DNA of 5,688 nucleotides from Zygnema circumcarinatum SAG 698-1b (lineage: Eukaryota; Plantae; Zygnematophyceae). The DNA lies in contig JBBHKD010000075.1 of assembly GCA_037447605.1 (NCBI GenBank), positions 1 to 5,688 of the forward strand. The letters run 5' to 3'. The position numbers and the translations under genes were made by a program. The first letter of the stretch is position 1, and each line of letters starts with the position of its first letter. Below are positions 1 through 5,531 of this stretch, one piece after another. The notes beneath the pieces were generated by a model that made no database searches, had not been told where the DNA came from, and worked only from the letters and a program-made list of their open reading frames with translations.

Positions 1-11
1 CTCAAAAGCAC

Positions 12-27
12 TCACTCACAGCCCATT
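12..27 (-). other. Primer-binding-site-like motif (AATGGGCTGTGAGTGA) directly after LTR-like module A
   Basis: It lies immediately 3' of the GATTCA end of module A on the minus strand. A near-identical motif occurs at 5057-5072 (15/16 identical; 22/25 over 12-36 vs 5057-5081). Primer function is inferred, not shown. Confidence 0.38.
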
Positions 28-281
28 TGAATCACAAAGAAAAAACCAAAGAGAATGTTTCGGAACAACAACACAAGAGAGAGGGAGAGGTGTAAGGGAA
101 AGCTCAAGGCTCTAAAACTCCTCAACAAGTAACCACCCACAATGAAGTAGCTCCCAAGCCACAAGCTAAGCAGCTCCCTTCCCTCTCCCTCCCTACTCCC
201 ATGAAGATAGCCTCCTAAGCAAGCACAGGGAGGGAGGGAGGGAGGGAGGGAGGGAGGGAGGGAGGGAGTCAACCCTTCACA
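28..281 (-). mobile_element. Putative 5' LTR (module A) of an LTR retrotransposon running leftwards out of the window
   Basis: The minus strand reads TGTGAAG...GATTCA (TG...CA ends). The same 7-nt start and 6-nt end bound 5083-5374. Both share AAAACTCCT (114-122 and 5140-5148) and a following PBS-like motif. The partner LTR and TSD cannot be seen. Confidence 0.5.
228..267 (+). repeat. (GGGA)10 perfect tetranucleotide microsatellite, G-quadruplex-forming motif
   Basis: Ten perfect GGGA units counted directly. Confidence 0.95.
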
Positions 282-317
282 AAACCAACCCACTCTATCT
301 ACTTACTGTATGTCTGT

Positions 318-343
318 GTGACCTGACGTGACGTGACGTCACG
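318..343. promoter_or_regulatory. Tandem TGACG motifs ending in the palindrome CGTGACGTCACG (bZIP C-box/CRE-like)
   Basis: TGACG occurs at 324, 329 and 334. The perfect 12-bp palindrome 332-343 contains TGACGTCA. Function is not demonstrated. Confidence 0.4.
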
Positions 344-412
344 GCCGTCTCTTGCTTGCAGTGCCTTCGCAGTTCGGAAACTCGATGAAGGTCATGGACT
401 CACATTGAATAG

Positions 413-1140
413 CAATGGTTGGGCAATCTGTTGGTTGGCACTCATCAACTGGTTTGGAACTCATGGATACCACTGGTTGGCAACCAGTCGAAATCTAATG
501 TTTTCAAAACTGGCAACAATTGGTTGGCGTTTCCAACCAAAATCATTGCTATCCATCAATGCGATGGTTGGCAACCGTAAATCACTTATTATGGCAAACT
601 GGGCAACCGCTTCAATGGATTGGCGTTTCGAGAAAACTATTGCGATTCGCCGTAGAATTGTTCGAGTGCTAATCAACCCATTTCAGATATACGAGACTCA
701 TACGCCATCTGTCACGCATCCAAGCTTGTTACACTAGTTGTGGCAATTGGCAACCAGCCAAAGAAAATAACGTTACGACCCATTTTGCAATTTTTTTTAA
801 TTTCAAAAATTCAATGGTTGCCCAACCATTGGATCGCTGGTTCCAAACACCAGCGAATGGTTGTTTCGATCCTGCACCGGTGGTTCGCAACCAGTCCAAA
901 CTGGTTTCCAACCATGGAATACCCTCGTTCGCAACCAACTGGTTCCAACGTCATGTGGTCCAAACCATCGATCATCGATACGCGGCATCGTTGGCCGACC
1001 GGTCGGCTGGTTTGGAACCAGTGGATGCGGCTGGTGCGCGAGCCGCGACCTGGGCTGAGACCGGTCGATACCGTGGTTGGCGGCCGGTCGGATGAGTTGT
1101 TTCGGTCCCGCGACCGCTGGGTTAGCGACCGGTCGGCTGG
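413..1140. repeat. Dense array of short palindromic motifs (TGGTT-N-AACCA, then GACCGGTC), resembling DNA-transposon subterminal repeats
   Basis: Closed stems at 472-488, 520-540, 566-576, 812-831, 834-856, 881-893, 902-914 and 1007-1021. Perfect palindromes at 994-1007, 1059-1066 and 1126-1135. A 14-bp inverted pair at 413-426/818-831 and a 15-bp direct pair at 996-1010/1126-1140. Confidence 0.8.
735..750 (+). mobile_element. Possible hAT-type terminal inverted repeat (TAGTTGTGGCAATTGG), left end only
   Basis: It resembles TAGGGATG/TAGGGGTGGCAA-type hAT ends and directly precedes the second block of repeats. No partner TIR or 8-bp TSD is present in the window. Confidence 0.28.
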
Positions 1141-1299
1141 CTGTTCTAATAAGTCGATCTGTGAAGGTGGGACCACCTTAGTTGGGATCGGATTTTCTTC
1201 CATTGGCCCCGCGAACGACGCTGCGCGCCCCTCTAGCCGGCTCCTGTGCCGCGGCCATCAGGCCCTTTTCTCATACCTTGCAATTTACTGTCGTGTCTT

Positions 1300-2230
1300 G
1301 CTGCATACTCTGTTTTTGTTGTTTGTGCTTCTTTTCGTTTTTTGTTTTTTGTTTTTGGTTGTTTTGCTGCTGTTTTGCTGCGGTTTTTTCTGTTCTAACG
1401 TTTCTCGCCTTGTTTTCTGACATTTTCTGCCGTAGCTTGTCTTGCTGTGTTGCGTTTTCCCTTTTGTCTCCCCCTTTGCGTCTCTTCGTCCTTGTGCTTC
1501 TTCTTTTTGAGCTGCTCTCGCCTTTTATGCCCTTTCCACCCTTTTTCTGCTGTTTTTCTCCTTCCTTTCCCTTCTCCCTTCCCGTCGCCTCCCTGGTCCC
1601 TTCCCTTCCTTCCTTTCCTTATTCCTCCACCTCTGTTTCCCTATCCCTTCCCTTCCAATCCCTTCCTTTGTCCTGCCCCTTCCTTTTCCTTCTCCCCCCC
1701 CCCTCTCATTCTCATTTCCCCTCCCCTTCCCTTCTCCCTTCCCTTCCCTTCCCTCTTTCCTCCCCGTTTCTCCTCCCTCTCCTTTCCCTTCCCTCCTCCC
1801 TTCCTTCCGTCCCTTTCTTTCCCGTATTCCCCCCCTTTCTTCTCCCTCTCTCTTCTCTTTACTATTCCCTTCTCTTCCTCCTTCCTCCCTCCCCCCGCCT
1901 CCCTCTCCCTTTCTTCCTCCCTCCTCTCCCCCTCCTTCCATCCCTTCCCCTCTCCCCTTTCCTTTCTTCCGTACCCTTATTCCTCTCGCCATTCCTTTCT
2001 TTCCTCTCCCTTCCCTCCGTCCCTTCCCTCTCTTCCCTACCCTTCCCTCCCCTTTCTCCTCCCCGCCCACCCGCTTCCCTTCCCTCATCCATTCCCCTTC
2101 TCCTTCGTCATGTCTCTTCCATCGCTCCTCTCGTTCCCTTCCCCTTTCCCACCCCTTGCCCTGTCATCTGTGCTTCTCCCTCCTGTCCGTTCTTCCCCTC
2201 TTCCCTCTTCCACCCTCCCCAGCTGCTCGC
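1300..2230 (+). repeat. Pyrimidine-rich low-complexity tract (T/G-rich start, then C/T-rich with CCCTT units)
   Basis: A is strongly depleted on the plus strand. TTTTG-like runs at about 1310-1400 and CCCTT repeats at about 1720-1755. Confidence 0.95.
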
Positions 2231-2253
2231 CAAGGCCTCTCCCCCAGGTTCCT

Positions 2254-2316
2254 TGTGGTCATTGTGGAGCCCCTTTGTGACCAGGGTGCAGGGTTTATGC
2301 CAGCATGTGCGCGTGT
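2254..2316 (+). pseudogene. Degenerate N-terminal zinc-finger remnant of the downstream non-LTR element
   Basis: CGHCGA (2254-2271), then a 1-nt frameshift into FVTRVQGLCQHVR (2274-2312) and a TGT codon at 2314. This approximates C-x2-C-x3-F...L-x2-H-x3-C. It needs two frameshift corrections. Confidence 0.45.
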
Positions 2317-2475
2317 CCTCTCGTCCCCCTCCCATTGCTCGACCCTTCTTCTACTCCCTCTTCTCTCTACCAGGTCACAGTGCCACCTCATCTCCTCTGC
2401 ATCTGGCCTGGTCAGTCCTTGAGCATGTGTGAACATCTGATGTCCTTCATAGCTTTTGTTAGTCGGTGGTCTCGT

Positions 2476-3640
2476 CTTTGCACTCATATCCAGGCTTTGC
2501 ATGTTTGTGTTCATAATACTTGCATTTGCCTATTGCTCATCTTGCAATATAATCCGTTAAATGTGCTGCTTGGCGTGTCCTTCTTCTTTTCCCTTTGGGT
2601 TTTAATTTTGCCCCTCATGGTGGCCAGCAGCCATTCGCAAGAACCGTCGCAATATCTTCATTTTTTGAGTGGGGTGGCAAAACTTTCAACGGTCACGTCA
2701 TACCCTGTGACCTTCACCAGCTAGGCACCCACCCTCCTCGGGCGCCTGCGGCTGGGCATCGTCAAGCAGCCCAGCTTAGCCGACTGCGGAGTTATCTCGC
2801 AGCTGCTCGTCTTCCGGCATCGCCCCGGCCAAGCAACGACACTTGGAGTCATCTCGAGCTCTCCATCCCGATGCGCCTGCGAGTGTCCCTTCCTTCATCG
2901 ACACTTTTGGGCCTGTCGACTCGTTTGTGCTTGATCATGCCGCTTTCATTCGGGCGCTTACTCGCTCCCCTCATTTGTTTGCAGGGGGGCCTTCGGGCAT
3001 GGTTTATGAGTTGCTTCGTGATGTATTTTCTCCAGACACCGGGGATAGTGGGTTTGGTTTGTTTTTTTCACTTGCCTGTGTCATCTGGCAAGGGTCATGT
3101 TCCTGGTAGGGTGGTATTCTACATAGCTCGTTTGGTTGCCCTTGCCAAGCCTGCGGGGAGTTCAGCCATCATAGGGAGGTTTTGTATCAACATGGTGCTC
3201 ACATCTGTATTTTGTGGGGGGCCTTTCAGGATCATTTTTCCCCGTTCCAGTTTGGCGTGGCGACCTCTGGGGTGCTGCGAGGTCGTAGTTCATGGCATTC
3301 GTGCGACGTTGGATCTTCACCCTGATTTGTTTGTTTTGCAGGTTGATGTGTCAAACGCTTTTAATACTGTGGATCGTAATGAGAGTTTTCGCGTGTTACG
3401 AGAGGCCCCTGCACCGATTGCGCCCCTTTTTCCTTTTGTGCGCACATTTATCTCGTAGAGCCCACTCCTTTGTTCGCGATGCATCTGGTAGAGTGGCAAC
3501 CTGGGAGTGTCCGAGCCGGGACCCGCCGGCGGCGACCCTTGGGGGGTCCTTTGTTCGCTTGGCGACACATTCCGTGGCTTGGAGCCCGTGAGGCTTTACG
3601 GCTGCCTTTTTCCCATCGATGGCAGCTCCTGACACCCTTC
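2476..3640 (+). pseudogene. Frameshifted reverse transcriptase of a CRE/SLACS-type (RLE-class) non-LTR retrotransposon, 3'-truncated
   Basis: Family motifs occur in the expected order across shifting frames: AAWRVLLLFP (2565), QLSR...RALHP, AGGPSGMVYELL (2981), RLVALAKP (3129), FQFGVA (3245), GCCEVVVHGIR (3270), LQVDVSNAFNTVDR (3336-3377), GTR-x-GDP-LGGPLFA (about 3518-3559), and FPSMAAPDT (3610-3636) at the YADD position. In-frame stop at 3456-3458. Clade assignment is from motif recognition, not a database search. Confidence 0.85.
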
Positions 3641-3660
3641 CCCAGCCCGGCAGGCTGCTC

Positions 3661-4327
3661 TGAGAGTCTGAGCCTTCAGGGGAGGAAGAGAGAGAGAGGG
3701 AGCGTGAGCTCAATGCTGGTACAAAGACTCAGATGGTACTCCCGTCCGCGCAGCCCCTTCAGCTCCCCCTTCGAACCTCCTGCGCATGGAGGACCGGAGC
3801 GCGGACTGCCCAGTCGACCCGCCGCGTCGCGGTGGCGAGCTCTGCGAGCTGAGGGCGCCGTCATGCCGCGCGTCTGCGCGGGCGCGACGCGCGTGATGCA
3901 GCGCGCACCGTAAGCCTGACGAGTACAGACCTTCCAGCTGCCGTCCGTGCGGTGCGGGCGGTGCTCGAGGTGCCACCGCATCTCGTGGGGTCACGCCGCC
4001 GTGCGGCCGCGCGGATGCGCGGCGCGGCCAGGTGCTGCACCGCGGGATCCGTATGTCGGTGCGTCATGCATGTCCTGCGAGGGTGAGGTGCGGAGGGCGG
4101 CCGGGGTGGATACCCACCCCAGTGCGAGGGCCCGGCGGGGTCTGCTCAGCAGGTCGGCGCATCTCTCGATGGAGCTGCAGCATGAGGACGTGCAGCAGCG
4201 ACCTTTCGCGAGCCCGTCGATGCATGCAGCACTAGTGTGCAAAAATACCTTCAGATAGGTGGGCGAGAAGACATACATAGTGTTACTTATGTCTCCTCCA
4301 AGGTCTCGCTGTCACCGTTCCGCTACA
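3661..4327 (-). mobile_element. GC-rich segment, possible 3' LTR of the chromovirus
   Basis: On the minus strand it starts TGTAGCG directly after a purine tract downstream of the integrase stop. It has a CT-rich stretch near its distal end and could end ...CTCTCA at 3661. The left boundary is a guess and there is no partner LTR. Confidence 0.33.
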
Positions 4328-4336
4328 TACTCCCTT
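4328..4336 (-). other. Candidate polypurine tract (AAGGGAGTA)
   Basis: It directly precedes TGTAGCG on the minus strand, about 120 nt after the integrase stop codon. It is short, so confidence is modest. Confidence 0.4.
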
Positions 4337-4455
4337 GTGGTCTGTGAACACCCTGGACCACAAAACATACACTTTGGAGGCCCGCAGTTAAGGGTGCCGC
4401 GCCTCTATTTGCAGGAGAGATCAGAGAGGCCATGATCCCGGTCAGTCCTTTCCGG

Positions 4456-4938
4456 TCACGCGTAGACGGCAGAACCCCTCCTGCCTCGACCGGCTAGCCA
4501 AGCGGTCTCCGCCTTCCAAGTACATCTCAAGAACTCCGTGCAATTTGTCAGATTGCTCTCACGTTCCCACGTGCTATGTTCAACCCCATAGCCCAACCAT
4601 TTCACGAGATATTCGTGGCGGGAAGTCTGACCTCTACTCACAGTCCTGTGGGTTTGGATGGTCTCTACCTCATACTCGAGGTCACCGTCAACTTCCACTG
4701 GAGGGGGAGGTGGTTGGACTCTCCCATCGCTGCGGTATGCCTTAAGAAGACCCACGTGAAAGACCGGATGCACTTGCATATGAGCCGGTAAAGCCAACCG
4801 GTAAGCGACCTTACCGATTCGCTTCACGACCGAAAAAGGTCCCATGAAGCGAGGCCACAACTTACGGGTTCCGCCGTAAGTCTTCAGGCGCAAGTTCGAC
4901 GTGCTCAGCAGTACCTGATCGCCTACAGCGAAGGTTAA
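4456..4938 (-). pseudogene. Ty3/gypsy chromovirus integrase C-terminus (GPY/F, SH3-like) plus chromodomain; 5'-truncated pol fragment
   Basis: Reads LTFAVGDQVLLSTSNLRLK...KLWPRFMGPFSVVKRIGKVAYRLALP..MQVHPVFHVGLL, then a PPPPP linker, then EYEVETI...EYLVKWLGY...STWERESNL (chromodomain 4516-4677). The frame is closed upstream by TAG at 4977-4975. RT, RNase H and the integrase core are absent. Confidence 0.93.
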
Positions 4939-5039
4939 TGCAGCACGACTGTTGGTGGAGGGACTCCTCCACTGCTACCGTCCGTTCCTCCATTCGGGTC
5001 ACCCTCCATCGGAGTTCGCGTTCCAATCGACGATGACAT
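4935..5039 (-). pseudogene. 34-aa G/S/P-rich mini-ORF, possible gag N-terminal remnant (MSSSIGTRTPMEGDPNGGTDGSSGGVPPPTVVLH*)
   Basis: The ATG lies about 17 nt after PBS-like motif B, where gag would begin. It runs out of frame into the integrase fragment. No recognisable gag domain. Confidence 0.33.
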
Positions 5040-5056
5040 CTTCAAATCCCTCACAT

Positions 5057-5072
5057 TCACTCATAGCCCATT
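5057..5072 (-). other. Primer-binding-site-like motif B (AATGGGCTATGAGTGA)
   Basis: Near-identical to 12-27. It lies 10 nt 3' of the GATTCA end of module B and upstream of the mini-ORF. Confidence 0.4.
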
Positions 5073-5082
5073 TTACTCACAG

Positions 5083-5374
5083 TGAATCCGCGGCAAATAA
5101 TGCCGCGGCGAATAGCAATGAATAGGAGAAACACGAAACAAAACTCCTTAATAGTGAATTCACTCATACATTGAGAGACCCCCTCTCAAATCGGCGGCTC
5201 AGCAATCTCACAGCTCACTACCTCACATCACGAGAAAGAGTAGTGTCGCAACACGAGCGAACAGCATAAAAGAGACTACAACATCCTGAATGAAATGTTA
5301 GCCTACAACAAAAACAATCCTTAAATACCTATGTCACTACACCGCGTGACAACAACATGCTGAGAAGCTTCACA
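5083..5374 (-). mobile_element. Putative 5' LTR (module B)
   Basis: The minus strand reads TGTGAAG...GATTCA, the same termini as 28-281. There is a TATA-like CTATTAAG on the minus strand near 5147-5154, followed by the PBS-like motif and an ATG. Confidence 0.5.
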
Positions 5375-5404
5375 GTATCGACTAGCGTACCAAAGTGTAC
5401 TTAT

Positions 5405-5531
5405 CCGATCTAATCCTGCGCCCGTCGGATCTCGTAGACTCACACGGATCCAACCCTTTGCTTCCGTCGGATCCAACTCAGCCTTCCATTCGATCCACGT
5501 CTTGCGCCGTAGGATCTGACCTTGCCTCCAA
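5405..5531 (+). repeat. Degenerate ~21-bp tandem repeat with conserved (C)GGATC core, six units
   Basis: GATC at 5407, 5428, 5447, 5470, 5492 and 5513 (spacings 21, 19, 23, 22, 21). The spacers are only loosely similar; CGGATCCAAC occurs twice. Confidence 0.7.

Noticed and set aside
732-738. CACTAG as a CACTA terminus, or CTAG-T as a Helitron 3' end
   Set aside because: There is no matching TAGTG end paired with it and no A-rich CACTA TIR continuation. There is no GC-rich hairpin at the expected distance upstream of CTAG.
413-1140. CRISPR array interpretation
   Set aside because: There is no constant 23-47-bp repeat with regular unique spacers, no cas gene, and the context is eukaryotic retroelements.
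1310-1400. T-rich run as the poly(A) tail of a minus-strand retroelement
   Set aside because: It is heavily interrupted, grades continuously into the C/T tract, and has no minus-strand element body or TSD.
333-1420. Overlapping ORFs on both strands across the palindrome array
   Set aside because: The recurring W, N, Q and P residues are translations of the TGGTT/AACCA motif. There is no recognisable domain and ORFs occur in several frames.
1182-2432. Long ORFs over the pyrimidine tract (1182-2432, 1447-2280, 1525-2088, 1862-2092)
   Set aside because: They stay open because the plus strand lacks A and the minus strand lacks T, so stop codons are rare. The products are P/S/L/F or G/R/E/K low complexity with no domain, apart from the zinc-finger remnant reported separately.
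2671-2682. GGGGTGGCAAAA as a second hAT-like TIR
   Set aside because: It has the same orientation as the 735 candidate and lies inside the CRE-type coding relic, where it fits an F-x-x-G-x-W motif.
3470-4278. Several 67-147-aa ORFs in the GC-rich block
   Set aside because: These are expected by chance at this GC content. They are R/A/G/P-rich, overlap on both strands and have no domain. Only the first part of 3470-3913 reflects RT remnants.
28-5374. Modules A and B as the two LTRs of one 5.3-kb element
   Set aside because: Their interiors do not align and both are followed by a PBS-like motif. A 3' LTR should instead be preceded by a PPT and be nearly identical to the 5' LTR.
3661-5374. One intact internally deleted element with module B as 5' LTR and 3661-4327 as 3' LTR
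   Set aside because: The two segments have different starts (TGTGAAG vs TGTAGCG), no visible similarity, and non-matching flanks (TGCTC vs GTATC).
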